From Bacteroidota bacterium (lineage in GTDB: Bacteria > Bacteroidota > Ignavibacteria > Tepidaquicellales > Tepidaquicellaceae): a DNA stretch of 55,993 nt. This document shows positions 10,122 to 21,700 of this stretch, piece by piece (position 1 is the first letter of the stretch; every line of letters starts with the position of its first letter). The position numbers and the translations under genes were made by a program. The notes beneath the pieces are model-generated. The model did not search any database and was not told where the DNA came from. It saw only the letters and a program-made list of their open reading frames with translations. The stretch lies in assembly GCA_023429265.1 (NCBI GenBank), contig JAEYVS010000103.1:1-55993 (forward strand). Reading direction: 5' to 3'.

Positions 10122-11498
10122 ATGAAGAAAATTATTCTATTTATTTTCGGATTAGTTATTCTGGGCTCATCTTTATCACAAGCTCAAAATAATTTACCGG
10201 ACAATTTTTATTTTAAAAAGCTTAGTAATGGACTTGATGTACTTGTCATTCAGGATAAGACAGTTCCCCTTGCGACAATAGAGATTGCAGTAAGAAATGG
10301 AGCTTATACAGAAAGTCCGGAATTTGACGGTCTCTCGCATTTGTATGAGCATATGTTCTTCAAAGCAAATAAGGACATTCCCTCACAGGAAGAGTTTCTT
10401 AAAAGAACCCAGGAACTCGGCGCAATCTGGAACGGCACAACAAGCACAGAAAGAGTAAATTATTTCATAACAATAGGTACGCAGCACATAAGAGACGGAT
10501 TGAAATTCATGAATTCCGCGATAAGATATCCCCTCTTCATTGAACAGGAAATGAAGAATGAAAATCCTGTTGTGGATGGCGAATTCCAGAGAGCCGAATC
10601 AAATCCTGCATTCTTTTTATTCAATGATATGAACAGGTATATGTGGGGCGACCTTTACAGCCGGAAAAACGTGATTGGTGACCACGACATCATCTTAACA
10701 GCGACACCTGAAAAAATGAGAATATTACAGGAAAAATATTATTATCCAAATAATTCAATAATTGTAATTGGTGGTGATGTAGACCCATATAAAACATTTG
10801 ATGAAGTAGAGCAAATATTCGGAGACTGGCAGTCTTCTGATTTTGATCCATTTGAAAGATATCCAATTCCTGAGTTTGCTCCATTAAAGGAATCGAAGAA
10901 TTTCATTACAATCAATGAAAATGCTAAAAATCCAATGATAATGATTGACTGGCATGGACCTGATACAAGGACTGACATCCCGGCAACATATGCTGCGGAC
11001 GTTTTTTCATTCATTGTAAATCAAACAACATCAGAATTACAAAAGGATCTTATTGATGGTGGATTGGCTAACACAGTTAATGTTGGCTATCAAACTCAAA
11101 AATACGTAGGACCGATAAGCATATTCATAATCCCAAAACCTGACAAAATAAATGAAGTTCTCGCTAAAATAAATGAGCACATAGAAAGATGGGATTCGGA
11201 TGACTATTTTACCGAAGAACAGATCGAGACAGCTAAAACCCAGCTGGCAATAGGAGAAGCATATGGGGAAGAGAATATTACAAATTTCGTTCATACAGTG
11301 ACATTCTGGTGGGCATCGGCATCAATTGATTATTATACGGGCTACCTTGAAAATCTAAATAAAGTTACCCGTGAAGACATGAAGAATTATGTAAGAAAAT
11401 ATATTAAAGGAAAACCAAGAATCACAGGTATCCTTCTTTCTCCTCAAATGAAAGAATCGTTTACTTTAGAAAATTTTGAAACAGCAGGAAGCCATTAA
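10122..11498 (+). CDS. M16-family (pitrilysin-like) zinc peptidase, active subunit, secreted
   Basis: 458 aa. Signal peptide and inverted zinc motif HxxEH (HLYEH). Confidence 0.8.
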   Translation: MKKIILFIFGLVILGSSLSQAQNNLPDNFYFKKLSNGLDVLVIQDKTVPLATIEIAVRNGAYTESPEFDGLSHLYEHMFFKANKDIPSQEEFLKRTQELGAIWNGTTSTERVNYFITIGTQHIRDGLKFMNSAIRYPLFIEQEMKNENPVVDGEFQRAESNPAFFLFNDMNRYMWGDLYSRKNVIGDHDIILTATPEKMRILQEKYYYPNNSIIVIGGDVDPYKTFDEVEQIFGDWQSSDFDPFERYPIPEFAPLKESKNFITINENAKNPMIMIDWHGPDTRTDIPATYAADVFSFIVNQTTSELQKDLIDGGLANTVNVGYQTQKYVGPISIFIIPKPDKINEVLAKINEHIERWDSDDYFTEEQIETAKTQLAIGEAYGEENITNFVHTVTFWWASASIDYYTGYLENLNKVTREDMKNYVRKYIKGKPRITGILLSPQMKESFTLENFETAGSH

Positions 11499-11509
11499 AA
11501 CTCAAAAAT

Positions 11510-12841
11510 ATGAAGAAAATTTTTAAATTTATCGTAATAATTCCGGTCTTTATTGCAGTGTTTGGTATATCCAATAGTTTTGCCCAGGGAGATGAATTTG
11601 AAGTAGATGGAATTAAAGTCATTCTTAAACCCTCAATAAAAGAAGTTATAAGTGTAAGATTATTTATCGATGGAGGGACTGCAAATTACCCAAAAGAAAA
11701 GGAAGGCATTGAAGCTCTTACACTCAGCCTGGCTGTTTCAGGTGGTACTCAATCAATGTCGAAACATGAGTTTAACAATGAGCTCGAAAAGATCGGAACC
11801 AGCATCAACAGTAATACCGGTTATGATTTTGGAGACATCAGCATGATCTGCGTAAAAGATTACTGGGATAAATCCTGGAACCTATTCTCAGATGCAATAA
11901 TGAATCCCGCATTTGATTCCAAAGAATTCCAGATTATTAAAGACCAATATGTAGCCGGCGCTCAACAAAATGAATCCAATCCTGACGCACATATTCTAAA
12001 TATGTCTATGGCACACGTATTTGAAGGTAAAAATTATTCTAAGATACCTAATGGAACTGTTCAAAGCTTACAGGCTCTCTCAGATAGTGAAGTAATAGCT
12101 TATTACAAAGAAATAATGGTTAAAAAGCGGGTATTCCTGGTAGTTGTGGGCGATGTGAGCAAAGAAGATATTACATCAAAGATCAGAAGCTCATTAGGGC
12201 GTTTACCGGAAGGTACAGCCGCTTCAACTGACGAAAAGGTTTTAATCAATGAGGCGAGTGAAGTAATTGAGGACAGGGACATTGAGACTAATTATATCAG
12301 AGGAGTATTTTCTGCGCCTAAAATGTCAGATAAAGACGCTATTCCAATGAGACTTGCTATGGCTATCTTAGGAGATCGTTACTTTGTTGAATTAAGGACA
12401 AAAAGGAGCCTCTCATATGCTCCAAGCGCATTCTACTCTACGGGGGCAATCAGAAATCCATATAATGTACTTTATATCTCAACCCAAAAACCCAAGGAAT
12501 CGATGGAGGTAATGGTCGACATTGTACAAAATGTAAAAAATGATGGATTTACTGAGGAAGAGTTAAAGAATAAGAAAGAAATGTTTGCCACACAATATTA
12601 TATGAACCTTATGACTAATGCCGCTCAAACTCAGAATTTAGGTACTTACGAGCTGATATCCGACTGGACTTTAAGTGAAGACATAAATGAAATGCTCCAG
12701 AACGTAACTCTTGAAGATATAAATAATATATTCGATAAGTATTCCAATATTATTAAATGGTCATATCTTGGCGATGGTACAGCGGTAAGCAAAGAAGATT
12801 TTAAGCAGGTTAAAAAGAAAGAAAACAATGAAGCTCAATAA
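11510..12841 (+). CDS. M16-family peptidase, non-catalytic partner
   Basis: 443 aa. Signal peptide and similar length to its neighbour, but no HxxEH motif. Paired arrangement with the preceding gene. Confidence 0.65.
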   Translation: MKKIFKFIVIIPVFIAVFGISNSFAQGDEFEVDGIKVILKPSIKEVISVRLFIDGGTANYPKEKEGIEALTLSLAVSGGTQSMSKHEFNNELEKIGTSINSNTGYDFGDISMICVKDYWDKSWNLFSDAIMNPAFDSKEFQIIKDQYVAGAQQNESNPDAHILNMSMAHVFEGKNYSKIPNGTVQSLQALSDSEVIAYYKEIMVKKRVFLVVVGDVSKEDITSKIRSSLGRLPEGTAASTDEKVLINEASEVIEDRDIETNYIRGVFSAPKMSDKDAIPMRLAMAILGDRYFVELRTKRSLSYAPSAFYSTGAIRNPYNVLYISTQKPKESMEVMVDIVQNVKNDGFTEEELKNKKEMFATQYYMNLMTNAAQTQNLGTYELISDWTLSEDINEMLQNVTLEDINNIFDKYSNIIKWSYLGDGTAVSKEDFKQVKKKENNEAQ

Positions 12842-12880
12842 GCTATAAGATTCTCATCGGCTAAGGGTGAGTGCAATAAG

Positions 12881-12919
12881 GAGCGATTGGATGCGAAAGC
12901 AGAAAATCGCTCTTTTTTT
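12881..12919 (+). terminator. Rho-independent terminator after the M16 pair
   Basis: GAGCGATT-16 nt loop-AATCGCTC followed by TTTTTTT. The T-run overlaps the lptB stop codon on the opposite strand. Confidence 0.65.
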
Positions 12920-13673
12920 AATCGAAATTCTTTTTATTTTCCATATACCGCTCCAGGCTGAAACTTTCCCCTAAATATAATTTTCTCACCAGTTCATCAT
13001 TAGCCAGTTCTACTGCTGTACCTGAACGGAATATTTTGCCTTCAATAAGAATATACGCCCTATCCACTATCGAAAGTGTTTCGTGGACATTATGATCGGT
13101 TATCAGGATGCCTATTTTTCGCTTTTTAAGGCTCACCACAATCTTCATTATGTCTTCGGCAGCTATTGGGTCGATTCCTGCAAAAGGCTCGTCCAGAAGC
13201 ATGAATTTAGGGTCTGAAGCAAGAGCCCTGGCAATTTCAGTACGTCTTCTTTCACCCCCGGATAATGAATAACCCATTGTATCCCGTATCTTTTCCAGGC
13301 TAAAATCATTTATCAGCTGGTCACATTTTTCTTCTACTTCCTCCCTGTCCAGCCTCATAAACTGTAAGACAGCTTTAATATTCTGCGTAACGGTTAATTT
13401 TCGGAAAATTGACGGTTCCTGAGGCAGGTATCCTATCCCGTGCTGTGCCCTTTTATACATTGGCATCTTGGTTATATACTCACCATCCAGTTCGATCTCT
13501 CCGCTATTTGGTTTAACCAATCCGCATATCATATAAAAGCTAGTTGTCTTCCCTGCACCATTTGGCCCCAGTAATCCAACAACTTCTCCCTGTTCCAGAC
13601 TTACGGAAACATCATCTACAACTGTTCGCTTCTTGTATTGCTTAACAAGATTATATGTTTTAAGCTTACTCAT
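12918..13673 (-). CDS. lptB: LPS export ABC transporter ATP-binding protein
   Basis: 251 aa. Walker [10 protein letters not shown], signature LSGGERRR, Walker [10 protein letters not shown], and the LptB-typical length and N-terminus. Confidence 0.85.
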   Translation of the reverse strand: MSKLKTYNLVKQYKKRTVVDDVSVSLEQGEVVGLLGPNGAGKTTSFYMICGLVKPNSGEIELDGEYITKMPMYKRAQHGIGYLPQEPSIFRKLTVTQNIKAVLQFMRLDREEVEEKCDQLINDFSLEKIRDTMGYSLSGGERRRTEIARALASDPKFMLLDEPFAGIDPIAAEDIMKIVVSLKKRKIGILITDHNVHETLSIVDRAYILIEGKIFRSGTAVELANDELVRKLYLGESFSLERYMENKKNFD

Positions 13674-13680
13674 TTATGCA

Positions 13681-13707
13681 AAAAAACTAACGGGATTCCG
13701 TTAGTTT
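13681..13707 (-). terminator. Rho-independent terminator after pdxJ
   Basis: On the minus strand: AAACTAACGG-aatc-CCGTTAGTTT followed by TTTTTT. Confidence 0.7.
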
Positions 13708-13731
13708 AATGTAACTCCTTGTATTATGGGT

Positions 13732-14451
13732 TTAGTATGCAATTCTTAAGAGCTCCACCATATCTCTTACTGCTTTGTCAAGCCCTGTAAAAATAGCTCT
13801 GGATATAATGGAATGTCCAATGCTTACTTCGCCAATTTCCTTTATTGTCAGCATAGGTAATATATTTACATAATTCAGACCGTGTCCTGCTGTTACCATC
13901 AATCCCATCTCTGAAGCCATTCTTGCAACAACGGCTATCTTTGTCAATTCGTCAATTTTCTGGCGTTCTGATTTTGCGTTAGCATAATCTCCGGTATGTA
14001 TCTCTATAGTATCAGCGCTTAGCTCAACAGCGAAATCAATATTTTCAGGTACAGGATCAATGAATAAGCTGACAGGGATGTTATGTTCTTTTAAAGTACC
14101 AACTGTCTTTCTTATCTTTTCTAAATCTTTCGAAAGTACAAGTCCACCTTCTGTAGTCACTTCCTTTCTATTTTCAGGTACCAGCATAGCAATGTCGGGC
14201 TTGACCTCAAGTGCTATTTTTAACATTTCATCAGTAGCTGCCATTTCAAGCTCAAATTTGGTCTGTACTGTCTCTCTTAGAAGTCTAACGTCTCTATCAG
14301 TGATATGGCGTCTATCTTCCCTCAAATGGCATATAATTGCTTCAGCACCTGCTAATTCGCAAATTGATGCCCCTGCAACGGGATCGGGTTCACTTCCACC
14401 CCGGGCATTCCGTATAGTTGCAATATGATCTATATTAACTGCTAATCTCAT
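13732..14451 (-). CDS. pdxJ: Pyridoxine 5'-phosphate synthase
   Basis: 239 aa. N-terminus LAVNIDHIATIRNARGG, typical of PdxJ. Confidence 0.9.
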   Translation of the reverse strand: MRLAVNIDHIATIRNARGGSEPDPVAGASICELAGAEAIICHLREDRRHITDRDVRLLRETVQTKFELEMAATDEMLKIALEVKPDIAMLVPENRKEVTTEGGLVLSKDLEKIRKTVGTLKEHNIPVSLFIDPVPENIDFAVELSADTIEIHTGDYANAKSERQKIDELTKIAVVARMASEMGLMVTAGHGLNYVNILPMLTIKEIGEVSIGHSIISRAIFTGLDKAVRDMVELLRIAY

Positions 14452-15185
14452 TAGAATATTTTATAAAAAGAAAATTTTTCCCTTATAATCGAAATTGAAT
14501 CAATGGTAAACATAACTAGAAAGTGTAAAATCCAGCTGTATATAAAGGAGCCGCTACGCCAGGCTTGTATTCCCATAGCGAGACCGGCAATGATTGACCC
14601 AAAAAGCTCGAGTTCCGGCTTCCCTCTATGTAATATAAAGAATGGTATCATTTGAATAAATATAGAATAGTATCCAAATTTTTCCCTTAAACCAAATAGC
14701 ATATACCCTCTCCATAAAAATTCCCATCCGAGCATATAGATTAGTACGGCAAATTCATAAATGAGAAATGTTGTGATACTGGAGCTTACTTCAGACCCTC
14801 CCTGGGGGTATGTTCTCGCAAAATCAGGTGAGGCAGAGACAATCCACAAAAAGGGCAGCATAAAAAGGAAGAAACCGATCACGGTAAACATACCGAATTT
14901 ACCATCACCAATTGTCAAACCATAATCGGATAACTTTCCCTTTAATATGAACTTTATCGACAAAAGTGGAACAAGAAACATCAACAACCCATCACCCAGA
15001 AACCAATACAACCTGGAATCAAGCCTGTCCTGTCCAATATTATTGTAATAGAATAACGGGTTTACATACGATACACCTATGAATACAATTATTGAGACGG
15101 ACAGGAATATGTATACAACCTTAAAGTCGAGAGTTTTTATAATGGATAACAGGTCTTTCAGTTCGGAGAAGTATTTCCTGATCAT
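14451..15185 (-). CDS. CPBP-family (CAAX) intramembrane metalloprotease
   Basis: 244 aa and polytopic. Motif GWEFLWRGYM (EExxxR-like) and later conserved His residues. The stop overlaps the pdxJ start by 1 nt. Confidence 0.6.
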   Translation of the reverse strand: MIRKYFSELKDLLSIIKTLDFKVVYIFLSVSIIVFIGVSYVNPLFYYNNIGQDRLDSRLYWFLGDGLLMFLVPLLSIKFILKGKLSDYGLTIGDGKFGMFTVIGFFLFMLPFLWIVSASPDFARTYPQGGSEVSSSITTFLIYEFAVLIYMLGWEFLWRGYMLFGLREKFGYYSIFIQMIPFFILHRGKPELELFGSIIAGLAMGIQAWRSGSFIYSWILHFLVMFTIDSISIIREKFSFYKIF

Positions 15186-15198
15186 ATTTTGAGGAAAT

Positions 15199-16113
15199 TT
15201 ATTTCGATTTGATTATGTACTGAAGTCTTTCGGGATCAAGTTTTATTATCCCCGCTTCAATTGGAAGAATAATTTCCGGCACAATGTACCCCAGAGAATC
15301 GTTTTCTATTTCTGTATACCTAACCATTACCCTGATGTCCGCTGCATTAATACCTGCCAGATCATTTACACCACCTCTCAAAGTAATATTAATCCTTGGG
15401 GGAACAAGAAGCACCTCTTTATCATCAGGAGCTTCTTCAACTCCAATTGTTACATCATTTATGGTTTTTTCTCCCAAAAGATCCACATCAAACACAACTG
15501 TGACCATAGTTGGTTCTATTCTTATAATATTTGATAAAGTATCCTTCAAAGATATTGTTTCAGTTATACTTTCATTTACATCGCTGATGGTCTTACTAAC
15601 TGTCGACACAGACTTTATCTTAGAAATTACCGTTGAAGCTCCGGTTATTAAGACCGAATCCGGGGTCACACGCGGTTCTCCAACAATTTCATAACCTTCT
15701 GCCAGTTCAAGTTTTATATTATTTATTACTTTTACATATTTACTTGAGACTTTCTCAAAATTTATACTTATGGTTTCAGGCTCAACACTTATAATTGAAA
15801 TGTTTGAAGGTATGTTAACTCTCTCGGATAATAGCTGCCTCAGATTTAGCTTGGTATCATTTTTTACATTTGCCACATTAACCGAAAATTCATCCTCACG
15901 GGAAAGCATAAGATTAAGCAAATCCCACCCTTTTCCGCCTGCAACTACCGTTATAGTATCAGGGAGATTTTCAGAGAGAGCTTGATTTTGTGCTACTTCA
16001 AGGTTCAATGGTATCTGAAGTTCAACGTTATATACAACATTAAACTTCAGATATAGCCAAAGTATGAATGCAAAACCAAACGAGAAAAGATAAAGCCTCA
16101 GATTTTTTTTCAA
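15199..16113 (-). CDS. YbbR-like domain protein
   Basis: 304 aa. Single N-terminal TM segment followed by repeated beta-rich modules of the V.P..V.V.G type, as in YbbR/CdaR-like proteins. Confidence 0.55.
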   Translation of the reverse strand: MKKNLRLYLFSFGFAFILWLYLKFNVVYNVELQIPLNLEVAQNQALSENLPDTITVVAGGKGWDLLNLMLSREDEFSVNVANVKNDTKLNLRQLLSERVNIPSNISIISVEPETISINFEKVSSKYVKVINNIKLELAEGYEIVGEPRVTPDSVLITGASTVISKIKSVSTVSKTISDVNESITETISLKDTLSNIIRIEPTMVTVVFDVDLLGEKTINDVTIGVEEAPDDKEVLLVPPRINITLRGGVNDLAGINAADIRVMVRYTEIENDSLGYIVPEIILPIEAGIIKLDPERLQYIIKSK

Positions 16114-16131
16114 ATTTACAGGTGGAATTAT

Positions 16132-17520
16132 TTAATAATTCAGATCATTTTCCCAATTATCATTTCTTAACTCAGTTCTTAAAGTTGAATGTACCATATC
16201 GAAAAATCCGGAACCTTCCGGTGGTCTTTCAACAAAAACACAAATAGCACCACCTTCTATTTTTTCGTATGTCCATACCTCATGACTTTTTTGGTTGGCT
16301 TCAAACGAAAACCTTTCTATGTCATCTGGTTTGCCATAAATAACATAAATTCTTCCCCGGTCGGTCTTCCACCCTTCTCTCCCCTGTTCTTTAAACGAAG
16401 CATCAGCCTGTAAAACACGGTTTATGTATTCAATTTTATATTCATTTTGAGGTGTAGCCGGATTATCATCCCGTCGTTTCCAGAATTCATATAAAAATTT
16501 CCTTTTATCGTTTATATTACTTAGCTCTTCAAAGGCTCTTGTTTCCTGCGTGGTACGGATATAAGAAGTAATTTCAAATTCTTTATCAATTAGATCCTCA
16601 CGCATCTTGGAATAAGTACTTTTCAGATAATCATCGCTCCCTGTAAGGTCTATATCCTCAGTAATTCCGCTATTGTACGTGTGAAAAGTTTTTTCTTTAG
16701 TAACACGAGGTGTATTTTTACTATCAATAATAGATACGCTGAGTACATACGGAGCCGTAGGCAGACTATCTATTTCAAATGATCCATATTGAACAATGTC
16801 TTGAGATTCAACTCCCGACATTTTTTTGACATTTTTTAGAAATACCCTTTCTTTATTGAGATCCTTAATTTCACTCAAAATGTAAAAATCATCTGTTAAA
16901 ACACCCGGAGTTATACCATACAATTCAAAATAATAATATAGCTCCTCCATATTATTACCGTATAAATTATTCGGATTAGGAACCACTTCAAGTGTATTTT
17001 TATAGAAAATACTCGACGGATCTGATCCGGTTGAGATTCCCGTAGAAAGCTGCAGATCACTTAGCAACAGCCCATCCTGCATATTTGCGATTGTAATGTC
17101 ATTTGTGATTGTATCAGCATACACAGGATTATGTGAATCAGAAGCAATTACCTTGAGTACATATTCGCCCGGTTCAATCTGATAATTTAACTGCCCAACC
17201 AGATTATTATCCAACTCAGCTCTTGAAGTATCTTCTATTACTGCAGGAATTTTATAGGTCTGGGCAAAAACAAGATCATTAGTACCTTTTTTAAAAATAT
17301 CAATATCGATCTGTGCTTCGGCAGTATATGTACCATCATTGTAAATAAATACAAGACCTTTTTTGTAAAAAGAATAATAGAATTCAACTATTGATTTACC
17401 TTCACTTCCTTTGAAAACACTGTAATCGTATCTAAAAAGGTATGGGGATTCGGAAAATGCACTTGTTGAATAACTTGCAAATAATAAGGTCAAAAAAAAG
17501 ATTTTTAATGTTTTTTTCAT
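16132..17520 (-). CDS. GWxTD-domain protein, secreted
   Basis: 462 aa. Signal peptide and C-terminal REGWKTDRGRIYVIYGKPDDIE, which matches the GWxTD signature. Confidence 0.7.
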   Translation of the reverse strand: MKKTLKIFFLTLLFASYSTSAFSESPYLFRYDYSVFKGSEGKSIVEFYYSFYKKGLVFIYNDGTYTAEAQIDIDIFKKGTNDLVFAQTYKIPAVIEDTSRAELDNNLVGQLNYQIEPGEYVLKVIASDSHNPVYADTITNDITIANMQDGLLLSDLQLSTGISTGSDPSSIFYKNTLEVVPNPNNLYGNNMEELYYYFELYGITPGVLTDDFYILSEIKDLNKERVFLKNVKKMSGVESQDIVQYGSFEIDSLPTAPYVLSVSIIDSKNTPRVTKEKTFHTYNSGITEDIDLTGSDDYLKSTYSKMREDLIDKEFEITSYIRTTQETRAFEELSNINDKRKFLYEFWKRRDDNPATPQNEYKIEYINRVLQADASFKEQGREGWKTDRGRIYVIYGKPDDIERFSFEANQKSHEVWTYEKIEGGAICVFVERPPEGSGFFDMVHSTLRTELRNDNWENDLNY

Positions 17521-17550
17521 TGTTCTTAATATTAAAGCGCGCCCTCAAGT

Positions 17551-17590
17551 AAAATAAAAAAGGTAATTCTCTTATTAAAGAGAATTACCT
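17551..17590 (-). terminator. Rho-independent terminator after the PorV-family gene
   Basis: On the minus strand: AGGTAATTCTCT-ttaata-AGAGAATTACCT followed by TTTTTATTTT. Confidence 0.7.
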
Positions 17591-17614
17591 AATAATACTA
17601 AAATTAAATAAATT

Positions 17615-18637
17615 TTAAAATCCTACATTCAGAGTAAAAAATTGGTTTGTTGAGTTAAACCCTTCTTCATTAACTATCCTGTAGGCATAATCAAAGCCTA
17701 AGGTAACTCCGCCAAATGGATACTTTACACCTGCTCCAAAAGTTGGACCCCAAAGCTCTTCATTTTCCTCTTTGTCAGGCTTTAAGTTTAAAGCGCCTCT
17801 GATAAAGAAATTGTTATTGTAATTATACTCAAGACCAAATCGATATTCATCACTGGAGAACCCGGAGTTCATAAAAGTTGAAGCCAGCATAACCTGATTT
17901 TGTTTATTAAGGTTTGCAGTATATGAAACTCCAATTTCAAGATTTGTAGGAAGATCAAAACTCTGCAGGGTAACTCTCCTGGTAACGGTTTGACCATTCT
18001 CCACTAATTGTCTATCAAGTCCCTGTCCATCAAAAGTCATCGCAGGTCCAAGGTTTTTAAGAGCAATCCCAAACCTTAATCCTGTATTTCCTGCAAGATA
18101 CTGAAGACCAAAGTCGAAAGCAAATCCTGTAGCACTAACATTAGCAATGCTCTCGTTAATAAGCTTAACATTAGTTCCGAAATGGATCCTATCTGTCATT
18201 GCACGAGCAAAAGCAAGGTTAACAACTATGTAGGTAGGGCTAAAAGTAGACCCATCACCTTCTGGATTGTATTCAGTAGTTACAAGTTCTTCGCCAAAGC
18301 TCAGGGTTCTTAAAGAAGCACCCAGGACTCCGACGTTGCTGATATTAACTGCACCAGCTACATACTCCATATTAATGTCAGCGATATAATTCATGTGAGA
18401 AAAAATTGCTTCTCCTGTTGGGTTTTGCAATTGGGAAAGACCAGCCGGATTCCAATACATAGCATCAATTCCGGTCACGCTTGCCAAATTAGACCCTTGA
18501 AGAGAAGTTCCCACAGAACCTACCGGGATAAGTAATTCCGGAGCTGCCATAGTCCCAAACTTTGTCCTGGGACCTGCAAATGCAGTAGCACCTGTCAGAA
18601 TTACCATAATCACTATTAGTATACTTTTTAGGTTCAT
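17615..18637 (-). CDS. PorV/PorQ-family outer-membrane beta-barrel protein
   Basis: 340 aa. Signal peptide, N-terminal motif AAPELLIPVGSVGTSLQGSNLA...DAMYWNPAGLSQL (NPAGL is characteristic of PorV-family barrels), alternating amphipathic strands and a terminal Phe. Confidence 0.65.
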   Translation of the reverse strand: MNLKSILIVIMVILTGATAFAGPRTKFGTMAAPELLIPVGSVGTSLQGSNLASVTGIDAMYWNPAGLSQLQNPTGEAIFSHMNYIADINMEYVAGAVNISNVGVLGASLRTLSFGEELVTTEYNPEGDGSTFSPTYIVVNLAFARAMTDRIHFGTNVKLINESIANVSATGFAFDFGLQYLAGNTGLRFGIALKNLGPAMTFDGQGLDRQLVENGQTVTRRVTLQSFDLPTNLEIGVSYTANLNKQNQVMLASTFMNSGFSSDEYRFGLEYNYNNNFFIRGALNLKPDKEENEELWGPTFGAGVKYPFGGVTLGFDYAYRIVNEEGFNSTNQFFTLNVGF

Positions 18638-18661
18638 TTTTTAAACTCTCCTTTTTGTTTA

Positions 18662-18690
18662 GGAAGCCCCGGAATAAATCCGGGGCTTCC
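18662..18690 (-). other. 11-bp GC-rich intercistronic hairpin without a U-tract
   Basis: GGAAGCCCCGG-7 nt-CCGGGGCTTCC between the stop of the 1113-aa gene and the RBS (AAGGAGAG) of the PorV-family gene. Confidence 0.6.
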
Positions 18691-18706
18691 TTTGAATTTT
18701 GCTAAT

Positions 18707-21700
18707 TTAAAAGTCGGCTCTTTCTTGCCCGGTAAATATGGCAAGCTTAATTATTTTCTGTCCAATACCCGGAGCATCAATAAGTGCAATATACATACCT
18801 GAAGCTACCGGAACATCTTCAAACGTTCTGAGATTCCATTGCTGATCAGAAACCGTATTATTCTTTTCTATCTTCCTGACAAGATCACCATTGAGTGTAT
18901 ATATTTTAATAGTACATACCTCCGGTAATCTTCTGAAAGTTATGAATCTGTTTGCACTGCTGGATTCAAGAACGTTAAATCCTAAGTAAGGATTAGGTAC
19001 AGCTCTTATCTTTTCCATATCACCTCTGGTAACAGCGACTTCAGTGCTGACAGTAGTACCCTGGATATTGAAGTCATAGTATAAAGGATATCCGGGAGTA
19101 ACATTAGGTCTTGTAGTATAATATGGATAAATAGAAAATACGTCACCTACACTATACGTAGCACCCGGCGCGATAAGCTTTGGCGCCCAGACATACATTA
19201 TGTCAGTTTGCCCTTGCTGAAGGAAAAGATTCTTTGATGTGTAGAATGGATCCGGATTTGGATTATAATCTGATCTAAAGAAATATGTGATCAGCTTTCC
19301 ACCTAAACTATCAGCAGAAGGTTCCCATCCTGCAGGAGCAGGGTTTATATCGTTTGATACTACAAAAGCAACATTTATTTGTCGCCTCTGAGCAGTGCTA
19401 TCTGTTGGATCTACTTCATATGCCCTGAATGGAACCTCAACAAAATCCTGATATAAATACCAGTTATCCTGTCCCACTGTCGAAGTATCAAGGTAGCGGT
19501 ATGCCATTTGACCGGCACCACCTAATCCTGTAAACTCAATCTCAACATTTCTAAGTTCAGTTGAAGATACGAGTGAACCCAGACCTGTAAATGTTGTTTG
19601 AGTTGGCCAGGACAGATTCATTAATTGCGATTGCCATGGTCTATCCGCCTGTCTTACATATTTACTTCCTTCGAGATATTTATTCCCCGGAGGATTGTAA
19701 CTGAATCCATATTGTCTTGATTGATTTGAAGCAGGATTCTGAATTGAATCGCGTATTACACCTGTTCTGGTAATTCTATTAACTTTAAACTGAATTCCGT
19801 CAAAATTATATGAACCTACAGAATTGTTAAGTGCGATATTTTGAGCTAAAGGACCAAATGCACCACCATCAACAGATTTCAAAATATTATATGTTGTGTC
19901 GGCATTATATTGTACTCTATAAGATGCATTTGTTAAAGCATTTGCATCAAGAATGATCGGAGCCAGACCCAAATCTCTGCGATTTGTGTTTAAAGTATCC
20001 CCTGTGTTGTAATATGTTTGAGTACCTGCTAAAGTAGCAGTTGGTCTAACAGTAATCACAGAAGAGGATAAAGGCGAGAAGTTAGCTTTTAATCCTCTTG
20101 GAGCATTTGGACTGTATCCATAAGCTATTATTAAATATTTGTATTCCTGACCATAAATTAAAGCAGCATTTCCGTTATATTCACCAGGATAGTTTGTTTG
20201 AGTCACCCTAAAGTTTCTCATTAGCCCGCTATTTGGAAAACCTGAAGGCTGGCTATATGTGTAAGGAGGTACTACAGGGAAATAACCATATTGTAACTGG
20301 TTATTGACATTGAAGCCCATACTAATACTATCCTGAATAATTCCTACTGTATCTTGAATATCAAATATTGCCAATAGAGTCAAATCATCATTTATCGAAG
20401 CTGGATCGTAAAAGTTTGGCAATGAATTAGCAGATTTTCTAATTTCATAAATTTGATAACCCTGGAACTTATAAATACTTGAGTCTTGTGGACCGGCAAA
20501 AACTGTATCCAGGAACTGGTAGCTTTCTGCATTATTCTGCCATGCAAAGTTAATTGCTACTTCACCGTTTTCATTTAACTGCTCATAACTGACAGTTGAA
20601 ATTGGTGTTGGAGGAGGAGGAATAACATTGAAGTCTGCATCAAATAGTTTTTGAGCAGTTTCATCCATTCTCTTTAAAAGAGTTACAGAATTTAGGTTAT
20701 TGCTTCCTCTTGCAACAAACTGAGCTAATACAACTTCCTGAGTATCACCGGGGTTCATTGTAAACTGAAATGAACCGGAATTGAAGATGAATCTTCTATC
20801 ACCACCCGGACTCGGGTCTACTGTACCTGTTGTATCGCCACCACAGTTATTTATTCTACCATCAGCTTCAGCCCAGTTGGTATCACTGGTCGTGTTAGCT
20901 TCCGGATCTCCCGGGTAGCAAAACACTGTTTTTCTTGGTGGGCTGAATGCAGGATTTAACCAGGACGTACCATCACTTTTTAGTCCCTGTAAATATCTGT
21001 ATGACTGCTCGGGACTATCAGGATCCTGTTCACAAACTGCCTGACCGCTTCCCGGATTTGTAAAATACACAAAGGAAGTTAACCCTAAAGTATCACCTGT
21101 AACAGAATTAATAGGGCTTCGGAAAAAATCCATACCTGAAGCAGGAGGATTTGAACCATAAGTAATTCCTGTTCCTGTTCCGTCAGTATTTGAAGAATTA
21201 AAGCAATAAGCCATATTTAGAGCCGGATCACAACCGATCCAGTCATCAGTTGCATCACCAAGGTCAGGATCCACAACAATACCAAAAAATGTACTGTCCC
21301 ATGCAGAAGTATTCTTGTTTATGATCTTGAAACTCAAAAACTGCATATCCTCAATACCTGAAACATTATATGCCCACGCAGTTAAATGCATTTCAGCATT
21401 CATCGGAGCAGTTCCACCACCAAATCCTTCACTGGAATTATGCTCATCAACAAATCCATCTGTTAAGCAAACAAATATTGTTTCTGAAGCATCTCTAACT
21501 CCGGGAAGGTCAGTACCAGGATCGTATGTCCCATTATTATTGATATCTACATAAGGAGCACCAAATGGAACCATATCTCCCCAGTTTGCATAATCAGGAT
21601 TGTTATTGGCATTATCACCTACTTTAACACTGTAAAGCTTAAATCTGGCATCTGTTATGGGAACTCCATTTTCTACATATCCCGGAGCCCATTCACCTGA